From Bdellovibrionales bacterium (GTDB taxonomy: Bacteria > Bdellovibrionota > Bdellovibrionia > Bdellovibrionales > JAMPXM01), in NCBI GenBank assembly GCA_043739185.1, contig JAYUEN010000045.1, positions 1-22,320 of the forward strand: DNA of 22,320 nucleotides, in the 5' to 3' direction. How positions within the stretch are numbered: position 1 is the first letter of the stretch; every line of letters begins with the position of its first letter. The position numbers and the translations under genes are program-made. Under the pieces are notes generated by a model. The model saw only the letters and a list, made by a program, of their open reading frames with translations. It did no database searches and was not told where the DNA came from. Below, piece by piece: positions 1 through 8,985 of the stretch.

Positions 1-320
1 TCGTGAGTTGTTACTACTTGCAAGTGCTAGCGGAAGTTCATTTCCATCAGGAAAGCGCTCGTCTTCTTTGAATTTGCAAGTTGGATCATCCGATTTTGCC
101 GGCTTATAAAACCCAAGGATCGAAAGTTCGATTCCTTTAGGGCTCATTAAATTTATTGGAAATAATTTCGAAGTATCAAATTGAGAGGGGTTGCGCATAT
201 GAACGCAGCATTGACTTGCGCTTCTGATTGAATAGCTACAAGAGAAAAAACCAAGCTCAATGATAGTATTTTTATTCCAAAGATTGGCATTTTTAAGCTA
301 ATTCTGACAATAGTCTTCAT
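1..320 (-). pseudogene. Possible exported protein gene running off the left edge, apparently split between two reading frames
   Basis: Manual translation: ATG at 320 gives a 55-aa ORF (153..320) with a signal-peptide-like start (MKTIVRISLKMPIFGIKILSLSLVFSLVAIQSEA...) ending at TAA 153-155. A second frame stays open to the window edge (...SQFDTSKLFPINLMSPKGIELSILGFYKPAKSDDPTCKFKEDERFPDG..., ATG at 198). It could be a frameshift, a sequencing error, or a gene starting at 198. Confidence 0.3.
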
Positions 321-349
321 TTATGGGCTGAGAACTGAGCCCATCAGAA

Positions 350-451
350 GAATGTACCTGCTTAGTTTTGGAGGCGCATGGCGTAAACTAGAAATATGTG
401 CTGCTTAGTTCTTGAGACGCCATGCGCCTCCAAAACTAAGCAGGTACATTC
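350..451. repeat. REPIN/MITE-like element: perfect 35-bp inverted repeat with a 32-bp spacer
   Basis: 350-384 GAATGTACCTGCTTAGTTTTGGAGGCGCATGGCGT is the exact reverse complement of 417-451. Another copy of the arm occurs at 22276-22309. Confidence 0.9.
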
Positions 452-1095
452 AGGTTCTTCCGCGCCCGGTGCTTTTTGAAGTAAACATAAGCTAAGACTA
501 TTACGCCGGTGACAATTACGCAAATTTTGAACTCGCGCAAATAGTGCAGAATCTCATTTCCGTAGAATGCTGCGAGCAGGACTTGCGTGGGCGCTGAAAC
601 CAAGGCCGCTGTTGAATCAATTGCGAGGTAGCCAAGGGTATTGAGGCCCATTGCTCCGCACATCAGGTGCCCCGGAAAGCGAATGCCGGGCGTGAAGCGA
701 AAGATAACACAGGCAAAGTAGCCGTAGGATTTAACCCAATCCTCAATCTTGATCATGCGTTTAGGGTTGATGAGCCTGCTGAAGAATTTTCCGTTTAATA
801 TGCGCTTCCCGTATCTTTGGCCCAAAAAATAAATCAAATAATCACTAAAAACAACACTCACAAAACTTGCTGCCGCTAGCACATAAACATTTACGACGGG
901 CGCTCCAGCATATGGCGGCGGAAATTTATCCGGATGAAGTGAGGTATAGCCAACTAGGCCTGAGCTGATCAAAACAACTTCTTCTGGAAGTGGAAGTCCG
1001 AAGGCGCTCAAAATCATGAAAAAGAAAATCCCGCCGTAAATCCACAGCGGGTGATAGGCATAATCAGAAAAAAAATGAATTATTGCCGCTTCCAA
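436..1095 (-). CDS. dedA: DedA family (SNARE-associated) membrane protein
   Basis: GLPLPEEVVLISSG, SDYLIYFLGQRYG and FRFTPGIR motifs typical of DedA; hydrophobic helices. Confidence 0.9.
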   Translation of the reverse strand: MEAAIIHFFSDYAYHPLWIYGGIFFFMILSAFGLPLPEEVVLISSGLVGYTSLHPDKFPPPYAGAPVVNVYVLAAASFVSVVFSDYLIYFLGQRYGKRILNGKFFSRLINPKRMIKIEDWVKSYGYFACVIFRFTPGIRFPGHLMCGAMGLNTLGYLAIDSTAALVSAPTQVLLAAFYGNEILHYLREFKICVIVTGVIVLAYVYFKKHRARKNLNVPA

Positions 1096-1100
1096 TTAAA

Positions 1101-1736
1101 CTACTTTCGCTTAACAGATTTAATCGTGACAGTTTTAGCTGGTACATCTGACATACCGTCTTTAGTTGTGGTTGCGACGCCGTCGATTTTATCAACTACA
1201 TCTTGGCCAGAAATGACTTTTCCGAAAACTGCATAGCCATATCCAGAAGGAGAAGCGTCTCTGAAATTTAAAAAATCATTGTTTTTTGTATTAATGAAAA
1301 ACTGCGCTGTAGCGCTATCAACGACATTGGTGCGTGCCATGGCAATTGTGTATTTGTCGTTTTTCAATCCATTGTTTGCTTCGTTTTTAATTTGTTCACG
1401 GGTTTTCTTTTGACTCATTTTATCGTCAAATCCGCCGCCTTGAACCATAAAGCTTTTAATCACTCGGTGAAAAATGGTGCCGTTGTAAAAGCTTTCGTCG
1501 GTATATTTTAAAAAGTTATCAACTGAAATAGGAGCCTTTTCATGATTCAACTCGACTTCGATTTTTCCTTCAGAAGTTTCAATTATAACGACGGGTGTTT
1601 TTTCCATTTTTTTATCTCCTTTAGTGGTTTTTTTCGAAACAGATTTGTCTTCAGCGGCAAAGGCATTTGGCAAAGCTACAAAGTGGGCTGCAAGGCCAAA
1701 CAAGACTCCAACTGAAAGAGTTTTAAAGTAATTCAT
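1101..1736 (-). CDS. Cyclophilin-type peptidyl-prolyl cis-trans isomerase (PpiA/PpiB-like) with N-terminal signal peptide
   Basis: [36 protein letters not shown] and GYAVFGKV motifs; signal peptide ending AFA-A; AGGAG RBS upstream of ATG 1736. Confidence 0.95.
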   Translation of the reverse strand: MNYFKTLSVGVLFGLAAHFVALPNAFAAEDKSVSKKTTKGDKKMEKTPVVIIETSEGKIEVELNHEKAPISVDNFLKYTDESFYNGTIFHRVIKSFMVQGGGFDDKMSQKKTREQIKNEANNGLKNDKYTIAMARTNVVDSATAQFFINTKNNDFLNFRDASPSGYGYAVFGKVISGQDVVDKIDGVATTTKDGMSDVPAKTVTIKSVKRK

Positions 1737-1925
1737 TCGCTTTACTCCTGGTAGGTAAAGTTTGTGTTAATCGAGCCGCCGAATAGATCACAATTATAAA
1801 GGAAGCGCATCTACTTTTAGCTCCCTTTCTTCGCAAATGCGTCTATTTTGAGGCAAGCTAGCCTTTTTGAATTCAACTGCTAAGCTATAGATGAGTTTAA
1901 AATTAATAATTTTGGACGCATCTAT

Positions 1926-1947
1926 ATCAATTGGGAATCAATTGGGA
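1926..1947 (+). repeat. Tandem 11-bp direct repeat (ATCAATTGGGA x2) running into the RBS of the acyl-CoA dehydrogenase gene
   Basis: Exact duplication at 1926-1936 and 1937-1947; each unit contains the palindrome CAATTG. Confidence 0.6.
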
Positions 1948-1956
1948 GGACTTATA

Positions 1957-3639
1957 ATGAGCCCGTTTTTTCAGCAGGCCCCTGTTATTACTAATACTTT
2001 TCAGACTGATGCGCTCTTGCAGGCCTATTTAGATTTTGCACTTCCAAAAGAATATCAGTCTCAGGTCAAGCAAGATTTAAATCAGTTCGGGGGACGGGCA
2101 GCTCTCGAGCTACTCGAATTGGCAGCAGCTGCTGAAACCGAGCCTCCACAGCATATTTCTTTTAATGCGTGGGGTGAGCGCATAGATGAAATTAAATTCT
2201 CAAATGCCTGGAGAAGCTTAGAAAAAATCGCGGCCGAAGAGGGCCTCATTGCAATTGGTTACGAGAGAAAGCTAAAGTCTTTTTCAAGACTTTATCAATT
2301 CGCTAAGCTTTTTTTATTTCATCCATCAAGTGCCTTTGTCAGCTGTCCGCTAGCAATGACTGATGGAGCGGCAAGAGCTCTTGAAGTTTGCGGAAAACCT
2401 TCTGCATTTAAAGAAGCCTTTGAGCGTTTGACCTCAAGAAGTGCCAAAGAATTTTGGACTTCAGGACAATGGATGACAGAGCGAACTGGCGGCTCAGATG
2501 TCTCGGATACTTCAACTATTGCGAAGAAAAATGGCGAGCAATATCTACTTTATGGAGACAAATGGTTTTCTTCAGGAACAGGTTCGCAAATGGCCTTAGC
2601 GCTGGCAAGAATTGAAGGCTCGCCAGAGGGCAGCAGAGGGCTGAGCTTGTTTTTCGTAGAACTGCGCGATGCCAATCAGCGCCTAAAAAATATTAAAGTC
2701 AATCGACTCAAAGATAAATTAGGAACGAAGGGCCTGGCCACCGCTGAACTGAGTCTTGAAGGCACGCCTGCAATTTTAGTTGGAGAAATCGGTCAGGGTG
2801 TTAAGACGGTTTCAAGTATGCTCAACGTGACTCGCATTTATAATTCAGTTTGCGCTATCGCCAGTTCGGCGCGTGCACTGCAATTGGCAAAAGATTATTC
2901 ATCTAAACGAAAGGCCTTCGGAAAGCTACTATGTGAACAGCCGCTGCATTTGCAGGTACTAGCGGATTTGCAAAGTAACTACGAAGCTTGCTTTCATCTC
3001 ACGTTTTTTGTTGCAAGACTCTTGGGCCGTGATGAGTGTGGTGAGATTTCTGATTCAGAAAGGCATTTGCTGCGCTTACTTACGCCGATTACCAAGCTTT
3101 TTACGGCAAAAATGGCGGTCGGCCTAGCAAGCGAAATATTAGAATCCTTTGGTGGAGCGGGATATTGTGAAGACACGGGTATTCCAAAGATTTTGCGAGA
3201 CGCCCAGGTCTTTTCAATTTGGGAAGGGACCACCAATGTTTTAAGTTTAGATGTTTTGAGGGTTCTTGCAAAAAAAGAAAGTCTTGGGAGTTTTCAAGAA
3301 TTTGTAGTTCAGAAACTAAGTCAAATTTCGAATGCGAAATTGCAAGCAGGAGTGAGCGCAACTCAAAAGCGTCTGACCGAATTGACCAACTTTTTAAAAG
3401 TGGCCGAAGCTAAAGCGAGTGAAGAGTACTGGCAATGCTCGAGTCGCAATTTGGCTTTTCATTTCGCGCAAATTATGGCCTCGGTTTTAATGTTAGAGTT
3501 TGCTGAGTGGTGTGAGAAAGGCTTAAGACTTCCCTCAAGTGTTTTAACCGCCAATCGATTTGCTATGCAGGATTTGTCATTGAGAGGGGAAGTGAACGGG
3601 CAGGGCGCGCTTGAGAATCGGACTATTTTGAATCTTTAG
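1957..3639 (+). CDS. Acyl-CoA dehydrogenase family protein, AidB-like
   Basis: CPLAMTDGAA, GQWMTERTGGSDV, KWFSS, RLKDKLG and IWEGTTNV motifs. Start moved from 1891 to ATG 1957 because of the GGAGG RBS. Confidence 0.88.
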   Translation: MSPFFQQAPVITNTFQTDALLQAYLDFALPKEYQSQVKQDLNQFGGRAALELLELAAAAETEPPQHISFNAWGERIDEIKFSNAWRSLEKIAAEEGLIAIGYERKLKSFSRLYQFAKLFLFHPSSAFVSCPLAMTDGAARALEVCGKPSAFKEAFERLTSRSAKEFWTSGQWMTERTGGSDVSDTSTIAKKNGEQYLLYGDKWFSSGTGSQMALALARIEGSPEGSRGLSLFFVELRDANQRLKNIKVNRLKDKLGTKGLATAELSLEGTPAILVGEIGQGVKTVSSMLNVTRIYNSVCAIASSARALQLAKDYSSKRKAFGKLLCEQPLHLQVLADLQSNYEACFHLTFFVARLLGRDECGEISDSERHLLRLLTPITKLFTAKMAVGLASEILESFGGAGYCEDTGIPKILRDAQVFSIWEGTTNVLSLDVLRVLAKKESLGSFQEFVVQKLSQISNAKLQAGVSATQKRLTELTNFLKVAEAKASEEYWQCSSRNLAFHFAQIMASVLMLEFAEWCEKGLRLPSSVLTANRFAMQDLSLRGEVNGQGALENRTILNL

Positions 3640-3701
3640 CGCATTGAAAACATAATGCCTCATTCGGCGCGAGCTTCTCGAGCTGATCCTGCTATGAATT
3701 C

Positions 3702-5705
3702 TCACTTAAATTTTCGAATTTGACTTCTGAAGCTTTTGAATTCATTTGGCTCGTGGCCGTTTACATAGCGCATTTTGATAAAACTTCTCAAAATCGATTC
3801 AATTTCAAAACTGCGCTCCGGCATTTTGGCTTTGACTCTCGCGAGATATTTCTCTGGGCCTTCGTTTTTATTTCGTTCAAGTCCTAAAGATGCAAGTTTT
3901 CTGCAGAACTGATGGTACATTCCCAAAACCGGATCTATTTTTGTTTTTTGCGAAGCAAAATAAATTTTGAGGGCAGCCATGAGTGCTGCGAGGCCTGCAA
4001 ACAATAAAATAAACAAAGTGATTCGGCTCGAATTGACCAGCCCTAGTTCTTTGAGAAGTTTATTTTGGTAATCGAAGTCGTATTTGAGCAGAAAATTATT
4101 CCATTTAGTGGTAATGGCATCGACTGCGAAAAAGATATTACTGTTGATTTGATGGCTGAGTGAGCCTCTTGCCTCAAAGGCATCGTTGCGTGCAAGGCCC
4201 TGTTGGTATGCCTCCGCGCCAAGTGAGATTCGAACCGGAGCAATTACCGAAGTTACATCAACACGAACCCATTTGTGTTCCTCAACAGACCATACTTCAG
4301 CCCAAGCATGAGCGTCGAGGGTTTTAACCAAATAGTATCCGGTTAGGCTATTTAATTTTCCGCCTTGAAATCCGATCACGACTCTTGATGGCACATTCAT
4401 CAGGCGCATAAGAGTTGAGAGGCTGGCCGCAAAATGTTCACAAAATCCTACTTTTTTCTCAAATAAAAACGTATGTAAGCCATCGCCTGGCATTTGCCCG
4501 GGCTCAAGAGAATAGGCGAAATCATGGGAGGTAAAGTAGCGTAAAACCTTGGCCACTTTTTGCTTGGTGGTATAGGTGTTTTTATTTAGCTCAATTGCGA
4601 GCTGAACCACTCTGGCAGAAACTTCTGGCAGTTGCAAATATGAAAAGCGATCTTGAGGCCTTAATTTTTCAATGTTCAAATTTGAGCTTTCTGCCGTATA
4701 AAGAGCACGATTGTGAAGCGACTCTTTGAACTCAAATATATTTCCTGACTTTTTAACAATGCCCATGCCTTCGGGAGCTTCGATTCTTCGCGGATAATCA
4801 AGAGCAAAAAGATATTTTTGAAAGTTCGATTCCAATACAATCTCTTGGTGGGTGATGATCTGCTGAGAGGCCTCTTGAGAAACAACTTCTTTTTGGTGTG
4901 AAGCCAGATCTGGCCCGGCATTTTCTAATTCATCATCTGAGGCCGCTTTTCGCCACGAAAGTCCCTCGCTTTTAGAAAGAATAGCTCCGCGAAAATACAT
5001 TTCATCACTACTAATTTCATGATCGAATTTGACGCGAAAGGCGGTTTCGTCAGTTTGAATCAATTGGCTAATGGTTCCGGGGACCAGCTTTTCAGAAAAG
5101 CCAGTGCTTGGTTGGGGCGGTTTGATGCGAATGAGAGAGGCGCTAAACCGAGGAAAGACAACAAATAAAAAGATCCAAATTGGGATCGACAAAAACAGTA
5201 ATTTTAGAGAGGGAAGAAAGGTGCGAATAGATTGGCGCCGATCGTTTTTATGCAATTGATGCATAAGTGTGGTGATAACAAAGACGTCAATTGTAAAAAA
5301 CAAGGTTGTTGCAAGGGACTGTGAATGCAAGAGATGAGTCAGAAGTAAAAAATAGCATAGTATGATTTCAATCATGCCATCTCGGTATTTTGAGAAATCA
5401 ACGAGTTTTACAGCAGCAATGATTACAAAAATTGCCGAAGCAGGCTCGGCACCTAAAAAGGTTTTATAACTCAGAAAGATAAAGAGGACTGAAATACCAA
5501 TTAAAATATTTCGAAACATAACACTGGGTAATTTGATATTACGATAAATATTTAAAACACTCCAGATCGTAAAGATTGCGGCAATAATAATGAGCCAAGC
5601 GGGGAGATAAAGGCAGTGAGGTAAAATATTTAAGGCAACGGCTGCGGCGACATAGAGTTTGTATGATTTGCTCGTGGCTTTTTTTTCAAGTGCGGTTTGG
5701 CGCAT
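3702..5705 (-). CDS. Transglutaminase TgpA-family membrane protein (DUF3488 + transglutaminase-like + DUF4129-like)
   Basis: N-terminal TM helices, FPRF, TGFS and AFRV motifs; catalytic Cys/His/Asp in GFCEHFA, AHAWAEVW and WVRVD; C-terminal membrane anchor. Confidence 0.9.
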   Translation of the reverse strand: MRQTALEKKATSKSYKLYVAAAVALNILPHCLYLPAWLIIIAAIFTIWSVLNIYRNIKLPSVMFRNILIGISVLFIFLSYKTFLGAEPASAIFVIIAAVKLVDFSKYRDGMIEIILCYFLLLTHLLHSQSLATTLFFTIDVFVITTLMHQLHKNDRRQSIRTFLPSLKLLFLSIPIWIFLFVVFPRFSASLIRIKPPQPSTGFSEKLVPGTISQLIQTDETAFRVKFDHEISSDEMYFRGAILSKSEGLSWRKAASDDELENAGPDLASHQKEVVSQEASQQIITHQEIVLESNFQKYLFALDYPRRIEAPEGMGIVKKSGNIFEFKESLHNRALYTAESSNLNIEKLRPQDRFSYLQLPEVSARVVQLAIELNKNTYTTKQKVAKVLRYFTSHDFAYSLEPGQMPGDGLHTFLFEKKVGFCEHFAASLSTLMRLMNVPSRVVIGFQGGKLNSLTGYYLVKTLDAHAWAEVWSVEEHKWVRVDVTSVIAPVRISLGAEAYQQGLARNDAFEARGSLSHQINSNIFFAVDAITTKWNNFLLKYDFDYQNKLLKELGLVNSSRITLFILLFAGLAALMAALKIYFASQKTKIDPVLGMYHQFCRKLASLGLERNKNEGPEKYLARVKAKMPERSFEIESILRSFIKMRYVNGHEPNEFKSFRSQIRKFK

Positions 5706-6640
5706 TAGGCACTCGCTTTGAATTGAGCTAAAATTTCAAGAGCTTTTTTGATGTGCCTTACGCCCATGCCGGTATCTATTTGTTGATCCTTTACTTTTAG
5801 GGCGAAAGGGATTTCTTTTTTTCGACAATATTCAATCCACTGACTTAATTGTTCAAGCCTGGCTTCGACTTCGCTTTGAGTACAAGATTCATAATCCAAT
5901 AAAAGACTTTTTGAAGACCCAGATCTAAACTCTTTGATAAGTATTCCGCGGCCACGCGCAAAGGCCCGCCAATCGATGCGCCTGGGAGAGTCGGCGTGCT
6001 GAAAGCCTCGATGGCCTGAAAAATCCTCGCCATGAGCGTGACTAAATCTTGAGGTTTCGCCTTCTACCGTACTAAATGGCAAGGGGAGTTTGCCGGCCGC
6101 TTTTGGGTAAACAAAGTATTGGCTATCGGTGTCCTTATAGGTCCAAGCATAGAATAGTCCGAGCGGGTAAATACTTGAAATTTTAACTTTTGAAATTTTA
6201 TATACCCCGCGTTTTTGGGTTCGATAAACTCCTTGAAAACGATGCCGAGAAAATGCGGAGATGGGTAAGCCATCTTCAATCTCTTCATAGAACTCAAGAT
6301 CAGGAAGTCTCACATCTAAATTAAAGCGCGTCGCTTTGGTCGGATTCTCAAGTGAGGTCTCGACAGTAATAAAGGATTCTGCAAATCCCGAAGTCACACG
6401 AATGGTTTTCAATTTTATAGATTTTAAATTATCGTGCGTTTGTACCATTGAGACGATTGAGATACTGGCCAGAAAAAATGAAAGCAGGTTAACTAAATTA
6501 TTATTGTAAATGGCACCCACAAAAAGAATGAAAATTATTGAGAACAGCAGGACTCCGCCAAATTTTGTCGGCACAATAAAAATCTGATTCTTCCTACCAA
6601 ACTTTGAAAATTTGCGGTCCAGTTGAATTTTGAAATTCAT
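5705..6640 (-). CDS. DUF58 domain-containing protein
   Basis: PTKFG, YNNNL, SIYPLGLF, VYPK and DSPRRIDWRAFAR motifs; lies between MoxR and the transglutaminase, with its stop overlapping the next start. Confidence 0.9.
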   Translation of the reverse strand: MNFKIQLDRKFSKFGRKNQIFIVPTKFGGVLLFSIIFILFVGAIYNNNLVNLLSFFLASISIVSMVQTHDNLKSIKLKTIRVTSGFAESFITVETSLENPTKATRFNLDVRLPDLEFYEEIEDGLPISAFSRHRFQGVYRTQKRGVYKISKVKISSIYPLGLFYAWTYKDTDSQYFVYPKAAGKLPLPFSTVEGETSRFSHAHGEDFSGHRGFQHADSPRRIDWRAFARGRGILIKEFRSGSSKSLLLDYESCTQSEVEARLEQLSQWIEYCRKKEIPFALKVKDQQIDTGMGVRHIKKALEILAQFKASA

Positions 6641-6665
6641 AGAATCTTAAGTTTCTCAATGTTCA

Positions 6666-7619
6666 CTAATCAACGATTACAGATTTTAGGATTTCTTCCG
6701 AAATTTGTTTGCCGGTTTCGCCAGTCAAATCTTCTGAAGGGTTCAAACGATGACTCATCACTGAGACGGCCACAGCCTGTACATCTTCAGGCAAAACCAT
6801 TTTGCGATCTTGCAAAAACGCCCATGCGCGAGAAGCACTTACGAGGCATAAGGCTCCTCTGGGAGAGAGTCCTTGCCCAGAATTACTTGAGGTGCGGGTC
6901 ATTGAAATGATATCTTGAATATAATCTACAATGGCTTCTGAAATATGAACTTGTGATACCATTTTTTGAATCTCTAAAAGGTCGTGGGCGTTGAAAATGG
7001 GCTCTAAGTCGGTCAATAAACTTTCACGACTTACGCCAAGCAGGAGCTTTCGCTCAGCCTCGCGACTCGGGTGTCCGAGCTCAATGCGCATTAAAAATCG
7101 ATCCAACTGTGATTCAGGTAACGAAAAAGTTCCAATTTGTTGCCTTGGATTTTGCGTGGCAATAATAAAAAATGGATGGGGAAGACTATGGGTTTGGCCA
7201 TCCATCGTTACCTTTCTTTCTTCCATAACTTGCAGAAAGGCACTTTGGGTTTTTGGGGTCGCGCGATTGAGTTCGTCAGCTAAAATGAGTTCAGAGAAAA
7301 TCGGGCCATGATAAAATTTAAAAAGCTTTTTTTCTGGATCAAAAATTGAGCTTCCTAAAATGTCCCCTGGCAATAAATCATTGGTGAACTGAATTCTTGA
7401 GGTTTTAAGCCCTAAGAGCTTTGAGAGCATTTTAACAAGTGTGGTTTTGCCGACGCCGGGAATGTCTTCGATAAGGAGATGTCCATTGGCAATCAGCGAA
7501 CACATGGTGAGCATGACTTCTTGCTCTTTATCCAAAATGATTTCGTTTGCAACTTTCCAAAATCTGAGTAGTTTTTCTTGATAGATATTCTTTAAGGGGA
7601 TTGCTTCTCGTGATGTCAT
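6666..7619 (-). CDS. moxR: MoxR family AAA+ ATPase
   Basis: Walker A LIEDIPGVGKT, RIQFTNDLLPGD, Walker B LADELNRATPKTQSA, ATQNP, LPESQLDRF and SPRG. Confidence 0.95.
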   Translation of the reverse strand: MTSREAIPLKNIYQEKLLRFWKVANEIILDKEQEVMLTMCSLIANGHLLIEDIPGVGKTTLVKMLSKLLGLKTSRIQFTNDLLPGDILGSSIFDPEKKLFKFYHGPIFSELILADELNRATPKTQSAFLQVMEERKVTMDGQTHSLPHPFFIIATQNPRQQIGTFSLPESQLDRFLMRIELGHPSREAERKLLLGVSRESLLTDLEPIFNAHDLLEIQKMVSQVHISEAIVDYIQDIISMTRTSSNSGQGLSPRGALCLVSASRAWAFLQDRKMVLPEDVQAVAVSVMSHRLNPSEDLTGETGKQISEEILKSVIVD

Positions 7620-7696
7620 ATGGATGCTATCGTCTGATTTGATTGGGAATTTGAGGCTAGTATGAAATTTAGCTTTTTATTAACCGCAGTTTAATT

Positions 7697-8908
7697 TTAA
7701 GGCTTAGAGTTTCCTAAAAAAACAAGAAATTGGCTCAAAGACTTGCTGCGCGTAAGAAGACTAGGCAAATAAACAAACTCTTCGGAGGTATGGAGAGCGC
7801 CTCCCACTGGACCAAGGCCATCAATTACGATCAACTTCTTTGCGCTCATATAGTTGACGTCACCTGCACCACCGGCCTTTTGCGCAGTGATTTTTCGCTT
7901 TTCGATACTTGAAATAATTTGCGTCAATTTGTGAACCGCTCGTTTTGATTTTGCATTGCTGGCAAATGGCGGGCAGTCATCTAGAATTTCAAAATGGGAT
8001 TTAGAATGAGATTTCAGGTCGAGTGAATATTCGTTTTTTGCCAATATTTTTTTTATTTTTTTATGCATACTCTCACAATCATTGAAGTGTGCATAGCGAA
8101 TGTCTATTTTGCATGTGGCTTCGCCACAAGTGATATTGAATTTATCGCTGCCGCCGGTGAGTTGTGCAACATTCAGACTCATCTCTTTTTGAAAATTATT
8201 AAGTTTATTCATCTTGGTAATTTTAAGAGCAAGATCATGGGCGGCATTGACATGAGTGCCCTTGGTTCTCCCGGCGTGCGCTGACTTTCCTTGAACTGAA
8301 ATTTGATACCAACGATTTCCTCTTCTTGAATTTATGATTGAGCCATCATCTAAGGCGGGTTCAAAACCCAAAATTGCAATTGAATCTCTTGCAAAGCTTC
8401 TAAAGCGTTTGTGAAAACCAGTGGAGCCAATTTCTTCACTCGGAGAGGAAACAACCCGCAAGCCGAAGGGGAGTTTTTTCTCTGCAGAGACTTCTAAAAA
8501 TTTTCTGAGCCCTTCAAGCAGTACGACTATCCCGCCCTTATCATCAATCACTCCTGAACCAACCGCTCTATGGCCGTCACGGGTAAGCACAAAATCTGAA
8601 AACTGATCTAGGCCCAAAACAGTATCCGCATGGCAGACCAGGGTGATATATTTGGATTTTGAATTCTTATTCAAGCTTGCAACCAAGAGGTCGCCGGTAG
8701 TGCCAGTACTTGAATTTTCAAGTTCAATTTTGAATCCAAGTTTTTTAAGTTCTTGTGCGAGATATCGTTGAACTCGGTTAACTCCTTCGGGGTCATTGCT
8801 TTGCGAAGATATTAAGACCAAATGCTTTAATTCGTCTTTCAAACGATTGAGTTCTGTCGAGTCAATTTTCATGAAATTAAGCAAATCAAAAAACTCTGGG
8901 GGAGTCAT
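7697..8908 (-). CDS. M20/M25/M40 family metallopeptidase (glutamate carboxypeptidase-like)
   Basis: HADTV, GVIDDKGG, SEEIGS, FEPA, AHAG and DGLGPVGGALHTSEE motifs. The true start may be the downstream Met at 8872. Confidence 0.88.
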   Translation of the reverse strand: MTPPEFFDLLNFMKIDSTELNRLKDELKHLVLISSQSNDPEGVNRVQRYLAQELKKLGFKIELENSSTGTTGDLLVASLNKNSKSKYITLVCHADTVLGLDQFSDFVLTRDGHRAVGSGVIDDKGGIVVLLEGLRKFLEVSAEKKLPFGLRVVSSPSEEIGSTGFHKRFRSFARDSIAILGFEPALDDGSIINSRRGNRWYQISVQGKSAHAGRTKGTHVNAAHDLALKITKMNKLNNFQKEMSLNVAQLTGGSDKFNITCGEATCKIDIRYAHFNDCESMHKKIKKILAKNEYSLDLKSHSKSHFEILDDCPPFASNAKSKRAVHKLTQIISSIEKRKITAQKAGGAGDVNYMSAKKLIVIDGLGPVGGALHTSEEFVYLPSLLTRSKSLSQFLVFLGNSKP

Positions 8909-8920
8909 GTTTTATTAAAT

Positions 8921-8958
8921 AAAAAAGAAAACGCCCAAGCGGGTTAAACCTGGGCGTT
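8921..8958 (-). terminator. Rho-independent terminator for the 99-aa gene
   Basis: Minus strand AACGCCCAGG-loop-CTTGGGCGTT followed by TTCTTTTTT, about 30 nt after the stop at 8986. Confidence 0.8.
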
Positions 8959-8985
8959 CAAATAACTGGAGTTTGCAGCCTTATC

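Noticed and set aside
350..451. CRISPR array (35-bp repeat with 32-bp spacer has CRISPR-like dimensions)
   Set aside because: The two copies are inverted rather than direct, there is no run of repeat-spacer units, and no cas genes are in the window.
1891..1956. Longer ORF-track starts for the acyl-CoA dehydrogenase (1891), and likewise for the PQQ dehydrogenase (10196), RND (16068) and lipoprotein (21578)
   Set aside because: Downstream ATGs at 1957, 10220, 16038 and 21530 have better RBS sequences and family-typical N-termini.
3702..7619. MoxR-DUF58-transglutaminase operon as a novel system
   Set aside because: This is a well-known, widespread MoxR gene arrangement; nothing unusual was seen here.
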